Assembly: GCA_050950785.1 (NCBI GenBank)
Contig: JBMNIG010000029.1
Location: 63,023 to 127,022, forward strand
Direction of reading: 5' to 3'
Origin: Eubacteriales bacterium
GTDB lineage: Bacteria; Bacillota; Clostridia; Oscillospirales; JAAYOS01
Length of the DNA: 64,000 nucleotides
Shown here: piece after piece, positions 46,306 through 54,267 of the stretch
Layout: each line of letters starts with the position of its first letter
Numbering within the stretch: the first letter of the stretch is position 1
Translations under genes and position numbers: made by a program
The notes under the pieces: model-generated
Database searches by the model: none
Seen by the model: only the letters and a program-made list of their open reading frames with translations
What the model was told of the DNA's origin: nothing

Positions 46306-46516
46306 GTGGACAGAGGAGGACGCGGGGACTGGTACTGTCTTTAGTGGATAAGGAACCAGTCGCCGCGCCCACATTACAGTGACCAATGCAGGGAACCAGG
46401 CGCCGCGTCTACATTACAGTGCCCAGTGGGCAGGGAACCAGGCGCCGCGTCTACATTTCTGTGCCCAATGGACAAGAACCAGTCTCCCCTGTCCACACAC
46501 CCATCCACCCGCGTCC
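46306..46516. repeat. GC-rich tandem repeat array (three good 40-42-bp units, one degenerate unit, one inverted partial copy)
   Basis: Units start at 46349, 46389 and 46431 (the last two are 38/42 identical), with a degenerate unit from 46473. The segment 46306-46335 resembles the reverse complement of the unit core. The array is bracketed by GTGGACAG ... CTGTCCAC. Confidence 0.8.
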
Positions 46517-46533
46517 AAAAAAATGGGCATTAT

Positions 46534-46570
46534 AAAAGGCGGGAGCATACTTGCCGAACTCCCGCCTTTT
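46534..46570 (-). terminator. bidirectional-type rho-independent terminator of the GH3 gene
   Basis: Stem AAAAGGCGGGAG / CTCCCGCCTTTT with a 13-nt loop. T-runs follow the stem on both strands. Confidence 0.8.
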
Positions 46571-46600
46571 ATCTATTCAGTTTTGTATAGGGAACACTTA

Positions 46601-48304
46601 CTAAAATTTAGTGTCAACTCTACCGCAGAAGGGGTCTACCGGGCTCTTACCCTTGAATGGAGAACGACCCATCATCTTTTCGATGACTGCTGGCATTGTA
46701 AATTCGTTGTTTGTGTATGCGTTGATAAATGTTTTCATCATTGGCACATCAAGCAGGTGATAGGGGTTTGCAAAGCTAATGGCCATGGTGGGGATCTCCT
46801 TTGAGAACCAGGGAGTGTTAGCGCCGCCAAGACCGCCCTTCCAGGAAATTCTGATAACTGTGTTATTTGAAGCAGTCGGGAAGTCAAAGACGTAAAGGGC
46901 AAGGTCATAGTTGTTCTTGAAGCTGTCAACAGTTACCGGCTTGTCGGTAATGTATCCTCCGGCTGGTGGGTCGAGTACTTCAAACCCCTCCGCCTCAAGT
47001 GCTGCCTTGATTTTTTCTTCAAGACCTGAGGTTTCGCCGAAGTAGCCGCCGCCCTCTGATACGAACAGAGCGATCCTCTTGTACTTCTCAGGAGTGATCG
47101 GTAGTAGTCCGGCTGTATCCTTTACGAGTGTAACAGATTTGTCAGCGCATTCTTTCGCCCACTCCACATATTTATCGCAGTGGAGAATTGAGAGAGCTTC
47201 TTCAGTTGGAACGAGTGTATTGTTTTGTTTTTTGACGTGGAGCCCAAGAGAGGCTTTTAGACCTAGGATCCTTGTAAGGGCTTCATTCAGACGCTCATCA
47301 GTAAGAATTCCGTTTTTGTAGCCCTGCATCATAAACTCGTAGTCTTCGTCAAAGCTCTTGTTGAACAGGAACATATCGCAACCGGCAGCAATGCTGGTCG
47401 GAACGGCCAGTTCACGAGGCATAGCACATGTGAAGCCCAGCATGGGGGTGGCGTCTGTGACTATCATACCGTTGAAGCCGAGGTGCTCTCGCAGAAGTCC
47501 GTTAAGGATTTCGGGCGATAGCGTAGCAGGGGTCAGATATGCATCTTCCTCCGACAGGTCAGGGTTGATTTTCTTTGCCCAGGCGGGCTGTGAAATGTGG
47601 CCCACCATGACGGTTTTTGCGCCTGCGTCAATCAAGCCCTTGTAGATCATGCCAAATGTGGCATCCCATTCATCGGCGGACAGATCATTCTGGGTTACAT
47701 GAAGGTGTTGATCTCGCTCATCCACTCCGTCGCCGGGGAAGTGCTTAATGGAAACAGCAACTCCTGCTTCATCAGCGCCTCTTAGATATGCAAGTCCCAT
47801 CCGAAGAACGCGCTCTGCACTATCTCCAAAGGTACGGAGGTTTGTTATGGGATTTCTGAAGTTCATATCGATATCAACTATAGGAGCAAAGGACCAGTTA
47901 CAACCGACTGCTGCGCCTTCGCTACATGAGATCAGACCGAGCCGATATGCCTGCTCCTCATCATCTGTAGCGGCTACCTGCATTGGCTTTCCGAAGTTTG
48001 TGCCGTCTATTGCTGAGCCGACGCCGCCTGCTTCAAGATTTGCTGCCAATAGAAGCGGTATTTTAGAGTTGTCCTGTAGGAAACGGTGGGTGTCCTGAAT
48101 GTCCTTGCCTAAGCCGGCACGATACATCATTCCGCCGATACCCTTGCTTAGCATTGCTTTAAGGACTTCTGGATCAGTTGAAAAACCAACCGGGCAAAAG
48201 AGTTGTCCAATTTTTTCTTCGATGGACATGCCTTCGATGGTCTCCTCGACCCATTTTATTGCTTCATCGTCCAGATAAAAAGGTTTTGCTTTTAAATCTA
48301 CCAT
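46601..48304 (-). CDS. glycoside hydrolase family 3 protein (NagZ/beta-hexosaminidase- or beta-glucosidase-like), cytoplasmic
   Basis: 567 aa with no signal peptide. GH3 N-domain motifs are present: IKHFPGDGVDERDQH and MVGHISQPAW. Confidence 0.85.
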   Translation of the reverse strand: MVDLKAKPFYLDDEAIKWVEETIEGMSIEEKIGQLFCPVGFSTDPEVLKAMLSKGIGGMMYRAGLGKDIQDTHRFLQDNSKIPLLLAANLEAGGVGSAIDGTNFGKPMQVAATDDEEQAYRLGLISCSEGAAVGCNWSFAPIVDIDMNFRNPITNLRTFGDSAERVLRMGLAYLRGADEAGVAVSIKHFPGDGVDERDQHLHVTQNDLSADEWDATFGMIYKGLIDAGAKTVMVGHISQPAWAKKINPDLSEEDAYLTPATLSPEILNGLLREHLGFNGMIVTDATPMLGFTCAMPRELAVPTSIAAGCDMFLFNKSFDEDYEFMMQGYKNGILTDERLNEALTRILGLKASLGLHVKKQNNTLVPTEEALSILHCDKYVEWAKECADKSVTLVKDTAGLLPITPEKYKRIALFVSEGGGYFGETSGLEEKIKAALEAEGFEVLDPPAGGYITDKPVTVDSFKNNYDLALYVFDFPTASNNTVIRISWKGGLGGANTPWFSKEIPTMAISFANPYHLLDVPMMKTFINAYTNNEFTMPAVIEKMMGRSPFKGKSPVDPFCGRVDTKF

Positions 48305-48382
48305 GCTTAAAATCCCCTTTCACACAACTTAATTATTATAAAAGCCTAAATTTTAGTAAACTCGATGTTGATTGACTTATCC

Positions 48383-49036
48383 TTATGTATTAAGAAGGGA
48401 ATCAATGTCAAGATGTGCAAGGTCATCGATTACAATATCCGCCCCGGGCAGGTTTTCGGGTTTTCCAATTCCCACGACATAGATGTTTTCAGACTTTCCG
48501 GCCTGTACCCCTGCAAGAGCGTCCTCGAAGATCACACACTCTGTTGGGTTCACACCAAGCTCTTTTGCTCCGAGTAAAAAGACCTCGGGGTCGGGCTTTG
48601 CTTTAGTTGTTTTGTTGCCGTCTATTACAGCATCGAAGTAATCCATAATTTCCAGTCTGCTTAAAATGATGGGTGCATTTTTGCTGGCAGAGCAGATGGC
48701 GGTTTTTATTCCACGTTTGCGGCACTCTTCAAGCACATCGAGGGCACCCGGCAATAGTTCTGAGCGATTGAACTCATGCAGATACTCGACATACCAATCA
48801 TTTTTCATGTTGGCAAGCCGTACCATTTCTTCTTGATCGGCAGTGCGATTTCCAAACCCTAGCAACAGCTCCATGCAGCGCATCCTGCTTACGCCCTTGA
48901 AAGCCTCGTTTGCCTCTTCATCAAAAGGTATGTCCAACATGTCGGCAAGGCGCTTCCATGCAAGATAGTGATACTTTGCCGTATCGCAGATAACCCCATC
49001 AAGATCGAATAAAAAAGCTTTATACTTGGACAACAT
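48383..49036 (-). CDS. pgmB: beta-phosphoglucomutase (HAD-IA)
   Basis: FLFDLDGVICDTAKYHYLAWKRLA...FKGVSRMRCMELLL...KAKPDPEVFL...FEDALAGVQA are the HAD motifs I-IV in a beta-PGM arrangement. Confidence 0.85.
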   Translation of the reverse strand: MLSKYKAFLFDLDGVICDTAKYHYLAWKRLADMLDIPFDEEANEAFKGVSRMRCMELLLGFGNRTADQEEMVRLANMKNDWYVEYLHEFNRSELLPGALDVLEECRKRGIKTAICSASKNAPIILSRLEIMDYFDAVIDGNKTTKAKPDPEVFLLGAKELGVNPTECVIFEDALAGVQAGKSENIYVVGIGKPENLPGADIVIDDLAHLDIDSLLNT

Positions 49037-49127
49037 TTGCCCCCCTATAATTAAAGTTTTGGTCAGCAGTTACATTACTGCTACAATATTTATCACATTT
49101 TATACAGTATAACAAACACTAATATGT

Positions 49128-49156
49128 TTGACAAGCGATTTTTGGCTATTTGTAAT
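49128..49156 (+). promoter_or_regulatory. candidate promoter of the ACT/UPF0210 operon
   Basis: TTGACA (49128-49133), 17 bp, TGTAAT (49151-49156). This would give a leader of about 135 nt. Confidence 0.35.
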
Positions 49157-49300
49157 TGCAAACCGTATAAGAATAGGATAAACTAAATAGCAGCGATTTT
49201 GGTTGTTTTAGAGACTTAAAGTCATCTTTTTTTCGTTGCGCTATGGACTGCGTTGCCAATAAAGAAAACTTAAATAAATGAAAGTAGGGAGCGGTTAGTT

Positions 49301-49576
49301 ATGGAAAAGCGAGCTGTCATTACAGTTGTCGGGCGGGACAGCGTTGGTATTATCTCAGGGATATCGGGTGAGCTTGCAAAAAATAATGTGAATATCCTTG
49401 ATATTTCTCAAAGCGTTCTGCAGGATCTTTTTGCTATGGTAATGTTAGTTGACGCTTCAAAATGCGGAATGCGCTTTACCGACTTTGCTAAAGAGCTTGT
49501 AACTAAAGGCGAAGAGATGAATGTAAAAATACATGTTATGCATGAAGACATATTCAACTCTATGCACAGGATTTAG
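49301..49576 (+). CDS. ACT-domain protein (UPF0237 family)
   Basis: MEKRAVITVVGRDSVGIISGISGELAKNNVNILDISQSVLQDLFAMVMLVD is the typical UPF0237 ACT fold. It is paired with a UPF0210 gene. Confidence 0.8.
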   Translation: MEKRAVITVVGRDSVGIISGISGELAKNNVNILDISQSVLQDLFAMVMLVDASKCGMRFTDFAKELVTKGEEMNVKIHVMHEDIFNSMHRI

Positions 49577-49692
49577 AATGTACTTAGCCATTACTAATAG
49601 GTAGATGGTAACTGAAATTTGGGATAGGGAGTCATACACCTGCCCTGTGCTTTTTTTGAATTTCGAACATACTTTTGAGGAAAGTGGTTTTT

Positions 49693-51051
49693 ATGCTGAA
49701 TACATTTGATATATTGGAAACAATTAAAATGATCGAAGAGGAACACCTTGATATACGTACCGTCACTATGGGAATTTCACTACGTGACTGCGCTTCTGAC
49801 AGTGTGAAAAAGGTGGCGGAAAGGGTGTATGATAAGATATGTATGCGCGCTGAAAAACTTGTACCAACATGTGACGAAATATCAGCCGAATATGGCATAC
49901 CTATTATCAATAAGCGAGTATCGGTAACTCCGATCTCTTTTCTTTGTGATTCGGTGGAAAGCGACGATGTCATACCGATCGCACTTGCCATGCAGCGTGC
50001 CGCTGAAACTGTTGGCATCAACTTTATCGGTGGATTTTCAGCACTGGTACACAAGGGATTTACCATCGGTGACAGGCGCCTGATCAGTGCTATTCCCGAA
50101 GCTCTTGCCGAAACTGAATGTGTATGCTCATCGGTAAATGTTGCTACAACGAGGGCCGGGATCAATATGGATGCCGTAGAAGAGATGGGCAGGATTATTA
50201 AGAACGCCGCTTATTTGACAAGGGATAAGGACTCTATAGGCTGCGCAAAGCTTGTTGTGTTTGCAAACGCACCTGAGGATAATCCATTCATGGCAGGTGC
50301 TTTTCATGGATTTGGTGAGGCTGAGTGTGCTATCAATGTCGGGGTTTCAGGGCCGGGGGTAGTCCTATCAGCAATAGAGAGGGCAGGAAAATGTAGCTTC
50401 ACAGAATTGGCAGAGGTAATCAAACGTACAGCTTTCAAAATCACACGCATGGGACAGCTAGCTGCAACTGAAGCATCCCGCCGCTTAGATGCGGAGTTTG
50501 GTATTGTTGATCTTTCACTGGCTCCTACACCTGCAATGGGGGATTCAGTAGCAAGGATCCTTGAGGCTATGGGGCTCGAGGTAGTAGGAACTCATGGCAC
50601 TACAGCCGCACTTGCTCTGCTAAATGACGCGGTAAAGAAGGGTGGAGTAATGGCATCATCCCATGTTGGTGGCCTATCCGGAGCTTTCATTCCTGTTTCT
50701 GAAGATGCCGGGATGATAGAGGCAGCAGTATCGGGCTCCCTAAACCTGGACAAGTTAGAAGCTATGACCTCAGTATGTTCGGTTGGACTTGATATGATTG
50801 CCATTCCGGGTGACACAGCAGACACTACCATTTCAGCTATCATTGCGGATGAGATAGCTATCGGTACAATCAATAACAAGACCACTGCTGTGCGAATAAT
50901 ACCTGTTTACGGTAAGGGCGTAGGCGACAGCGTATGCTATGGAGGTCTTCTTGGTGAAGCGCCGATCATGCCTGTGCACAGCGCATCATCTGAGCTTTTT
51001 ATCGCAAGGCGCGGCCGCATACCTGCACCAATCCACAGCCATCGCAACTAA
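49693..51051 (+). CDS. UPF0210/DUF711 (PFL-like) family protein
   Basis: [33 protein letters not shown] is the conserved UPF0210 N-terminus. The ORF-track start 49675 is probably too far upstream. Confidence 0.85.
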   Translation: MLNTFDILETIKMIEEEHLDIRTVTMGISLRDCASDSVKKVAERVYDKICMRAEKLVPTCDEISAEYGIPIINKRVSVTPISFLCDSVESDDVIPIALAMQRAAETVGINFIGGFSALVHKGFTIGDRRLISAIPEALAETECVCSSVNVATTRAGINMDAVEEMGRIIKNAAYLTRDKDSIGCAKLVVFANAPEDNPFMAGAFHGFGEAECAINVGVSGPGVVLSAIERAGKCSFTELAEVIKRTAFKITRMGQLAATEASRRLDAEFGIVDLSLAPTPAMGDSVARILEAMGLEVVGTHGTTAALALLNDAVKKGGVMASSHVGGLSGAFIPVSEDAGMIEAAVSGSLNLDKLEAMTSVCSVGLDMIAIPGDTADTTISAIIADEIAIGTINNKTTAVRIIPVYGKGVGDSVCYGGLLGEAPIMPVHSASSELFIARRGRIPAPIHSHRN

Positions 51052-51206
51052 ATATTTAATACTGCATGCAAGAAAACTCACCTCTTGGAACCTTAAAGAT
51101 GGTGGGATGATTAGCCGTAAACCATCTCGAACACGCTGGATTCAAATAAGCCACAATGATTGATTGGAAAATAGCAGGTTATTATTAATTATCAGAACAA
51201 TTCCAG

Positions 51207-52522
51207 GCGAGTTGTAAAATTAAATGAAACACAAATAAAGAAATAAATAGACCCACGAGAGCTTCTCTGTTATAATGTTAGTTCCTACAACAAACAGAAA
51301 CGGAGAAGCTTCATGAGCCAAGTCTATTGTATCAGAACTCGCATAAAAGGTAAACACCTAAGGTTCGAAGAGCGTGAAGAGCTAGAAGCGATAGTAACTA
51401 AGAACAATTACTTGCCTAAGAAATCAAGGCTTAGCCATCGGGAAATAGCAGAACGAATGGGAGTAAGCCCAGCCACAATAAGTAGGGAGCTGAGGCGTGG
51501 GAAGGTAATCTTAAGGGATTGCCAATGGCGTGAAGTGGTTAGCTATTCAGCCTTAAAAGCCCAAGAGGACTATGATGAGAAGGCAAGTGCAAAAGGGGCT
51601 CATCTAAAAATTGGTAAGAACTATGAGTTAGCAGAAAAAATTGAGAACTGTATTATAAATGGCAAGTTCTCTCCTTATGCGACCATAGAGAAACTTAAGG
51701 ATGACCCTGACTATCAAAGAACACCCATATCTAAGCGAACGCTCTATAATTATATAGACCGTGAGTTATTACTCAATGTAACAAAAAAGGACTTACCTCG
51801 AAAAGGCAAGAGTTCAAAACGCAAGTATACCCGAGTAACCCGCAGAATACGGGATGTAGACGCCAAACGCATAGATGAGCGCCCACAAGAGGCGAATGAC
51901 CGCAGTGAGCTCGGTCACTGGGAAATGGATTGCGTTGAACCAGGTCGAGGAAAAGGCAGGGCATGCTTGCTTGTGCTGGTTGAGAGGCTATCTAGAAAGA
52001 CACTGATATTTAAGTTGCGTAGCCAAACACAAAAAGAAGTGCTAAAACGACTTGACCAACTAGAGAAAAAGATAGGTGCAAAGCGATTTCGAAAGATGTT
52101 TAAAACAATAACAGTTGATAATGGAAGTGAGTTTTTAGATTGGCGCAAGCTAGAACGGTCCTGCATAAGCAGTAAAGCACGCACCCGAATTTACTACTGT
52201 CACCCATATCATTCATGGGAAAGAGGTACCAATGAACAGATAAATGGACACATACGACGATTTATCCCCAAGGGATGTTCGATAGCGAAATACAGTACAA
52301 AAGCAATATTAAAGATCCAAGAATGGCTTAATGATTACCCACGTAAGGTTTTAGAAGGTAAATGCGCAAACGAGGTAGTTAAAGAAGAACTAAGAAAGTG
52401 TTCATAGCGAAAGCATTTCCCGTTCCGCCCAGACCCAAACCGCCAGAAACAAGTGAAAACTACAAGATATCTAGATAACATTTGACAGAGAAAAAGTGTT
52501 TCACTTTAACTTGCAATTTGCG
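51207..52522 (+). mobile_element. IS30-family insertion sequence, apparently intact (about 1.3 kb)
   Basis: Imperfect terminal inverted repeats GCGAGTTGTAAAATTAAATGAAACAC (51207-51232) and the complement of GTGTTTTCACTTTAACTTGCAATTTGCG (52495-52522). The element is flanked by the identical 16-mer ATCAGAACAATTCCAG at 51191-51206 and 52523-52538. Confidence 0.8.
51313..52407 (+). CDS. IS30-family DDE transposase
   Basis: N-terminal HTH (SHREIAERMGVSPATISRELRRG). DDE region with HWEMDCVE, TITVDNGSEF, and YYCHPYHSWERGTNEQINGHIRRFIPKG. Confidence 0.9.
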   Translation: MSQVYCIRTRIKGKHLRFEEREELEAIVTKNNYLPKKSRLSHREIAERMGVSPATISRELRRGKVILRDCQWREVVSYSALKAQEDYDEKASAKGAHLKIGKNYELAEKIENCIINGKFSPYATIEKLKDDPDYQRTPISKRTLYNYIDRELLLNVTKKDLPRKGKSSKRKYTRVTRRIRDVDAKRIDERPQEANDRSELGHWEMDCVEPGRGKGRACLLVLVERLSRKTLIFKLRSQTQKEVLKRLDQLEKKIGAKRFRKMFKTITVDNGSEFLDWRKLERSCISSKARTRIYYCHPYHSWERGTNEQINGHIRRFIPKGCSIAKYSTKAILKIQEWLNDYPRKVLEGKCANEVVKEELRKCS

Positions 52523-52547
52523 ATCAGAACAATTCCAGCAACAATAA

Positions 52548-52576
52548 TTGTAAATTATGGCTATAGGTGATATACT
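52548..52576 (+). promoter_or_regulatory. candidate promoter of tldD, retained downstream of the IS30 insertion
   Basis: TTGTAA (52548-52553), 17 bp, TATACT (52571-52576), with TG at -15/-14. Confidence 0.45.
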
Positions 52577-52624
52577 AATTGGAGTAACCACCACTAAATG
52601 TGAAAGTCATCAGGGGGGATTTGT

Positions 52625-54016
52625 TTGCTAAAAGACCTGATATCAAAGTACCGTGATCAGCTGCATGAGCATACAGAACTGCGTGCTCAAGTTAACACAA
52701 ACCGTGCGGTAACCTTGGTTGGAGGCAACCTCGTTACAAACTCACGTTCGGACCAGAGTGGTGTGTCTGCAAGAATGTACAAAAACGGGGTATATGGATT
52801 TGCTTCCGGTGCGGAATACACCGACGAAAGCATCAGGGCAGTTCTTAAAGCAGCAGAGGAAAATGCTCTTTTTATGGACTCTCGTGTAAAGAAAAATAAA
52901 GGGCCACTGCCTAAAGTGGCGCCGGGCACAGTTAAACTTGATCGGGATGTTAACAACCCGGACCAGAAGCTATATATTGACTTTGCTCGTGAACTGGACA
53001 GCTATTTAGCAGAAAAGTATCCGAAGCTGGCAAGCAGGGTAGTCAATATACGGTCTGACTCAATGGAGAAGTTGTTGGTTGTAAGTGACGGACATAGCTC
53101 CCATTCACTTATGCCCCGGAGCTTTATCTATTTATTCTTTACCGCGGAAACTGCCGATGGCGCACCGGTAGAACTATACAAGGTTTTTGGGGGACGAGGA
53201 TATTTTGATGAGAACTTCTCAAGCCTTGAGGATCTTTATCCGGGAATCGAGGAGCTCTACACCAATATCATGAAGAAGGCAGAAGGAGTATATCCTAACG
53301 CCGGCCACAAACAAGTGGTTATGCACCCAAACCTTGCCGGGATCCTTGCGCACGAAGCGGTTGGCCACACCGTGGAAGCCGACCTTGTTCTCGGCGGTTC
53401 AGTTGCCGCTCACAACCTAAACAGACAAGTGGCAAGTGAAATCGTGACAATGGTCGACTTTGCTCACACCGCTCTTGGAGAGACAGCGCCGCTTCCTGTT
53501 TATGTTGATGATGAAGGCACCCCATGTGAAGATGCAGTTCTGATAAAGGACGGAATCCTGACTGGCTATATGAATAGCAGAGAGACCGCGCAGCACTTTG
53601 GGATGAAACCACAGGGCAATGCAAGAGCGTATCTGTTTTCCGATGAGCCCCTTATTCGCATGAGGAACACTGCCATCCTGCCCGGGAAGGATAAGCTTGA
53701 GGACATGATTGCTTCAATTGAAGATGGTTATTACCTGACGGAAACAAATAACGGGCAGGCAGATACCACAGGTGAGTTTATGTTCGGAGTCTCGATGGGA
53801 TATGAGATAAAGAACGGAAAACTTGGCAGGGCGATCCGTGACACAACGATATCAGGTGTTGCCTTTGAAATGCTAAAAACGGTGGATATGCTTTCCGATG
53901 ATATGATTTGGACCTGTTCGGGAATGTGCGGCAAAAAACAACCGATGCCCGTTGGAATGGGCGGTCCCGCCATCAGGTGCAGGGTCAACATCGGCGGAAG
54001 AGGTAGTGTAAAGTGA
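52625..54016 (+). CDS. tldD: TldD-type metalloprotease (TldD/PmbA family)
   Basis: HExxxH motif in GILAHEAVGHTVEADL. C-terminal GxC motif region ...WTCSGMCGKKQPMPVGMGGPAIR. TTG start after aggggggat. Confidence 0.85.
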   Translation: MLKDLISKYRDQLHEHTELRAQVNTNRAVTLVGGNLVTNSRSDQSGVSARMYKNGVYGFASGAEYTDESIRAVLKAAEENALFMDSRVKKNKGPLPKVAPGTVKLDRDVNNPDQKLYIDFARELDSYLAEKYPKLASRVVNIRSDSMEKLLVVSDGHSSHSLMPRSFIYLFFTAETADGAPVELYKVFGGRGYFDENFSSLEDLYPGIEELYTNIMKKAEGVYPNAGHKQVVMHPNLAGILAHEAVGHTVEADLVLGGSVAAHNLNRQVASEIVTMVDFAHTALGETAPLPVYVDDEGTPCEDAVLIKDGILTGYMNSRETAQHFGMKPQGNARAYLFSDEPLIRMRNTAILPGKDKLEDMIASIEDGYYLTETNNGQADTTGEFMFGVSMGYEIKNGKLGRAIRDTTISGVAFEMLKTVDMLSDDMIWTCSGMCGKKQPMPVGMGGPAIRCRVNIGGRGSVK

Positions 54017-54113
54017 TATATGAAAAAGGTGGTTAAAGCAAGAGGTTGAAAAAGAACCCCTAATAACTCAAAAATGAGTTGATATAAAGCTCCCGCCACC
54101 CTTGACAAACCCC

Positions 54114-54208
54114 CAAAAATAATGCTTAGACATCACAACCGACGGCGAAGAACTCAAGAACAGCTAGAGTTCACCGTCGTTGGATGAGGCATTGTGACAT
54201 TATTTTTG
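54114..54208. other. 95-nt imperfect hairpin between the convergent tldD and transposase genes (possible bidirectional terminator or IS-end structure)
   Basis: Outer stem CAAAAATAATG (54114-54124) / CATTATTTTTG (54198-54208), perfect 11 bp. Inner stems TCACAA / TTGTGA and CGACGGCGAA / TTCACCGTCG (1 mismatch). 20-nt loop. Confidence 0.5.
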
Positions 54209-54267
54209 AGTGTTATCAAGGGCAAGTCCCTACGGGATGGCTTGGTCGTTTACCTCTGGCTCAGAAT

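Noticed and set aside
46349-46516. Possible CRISPR array, because of regularly spaced repeats of about 42 bp.
   Set aside because: The units are directly contiguous with no unique spacers and degrade progressively. No cas genes are in the window. It behaves as a tandem repeat, not a repeat-spacer array.
46379-46804. 141-aa ORF (+) reading through the repeat array (…NQAPRLHYSAQWAGNQAPRLHF…).
   Set aside because: Its internal repetition is simply the translated DNA repeat. It has no RBS, crosses a terminator, and overlaps the GH3 gene antisense. It is spurious.
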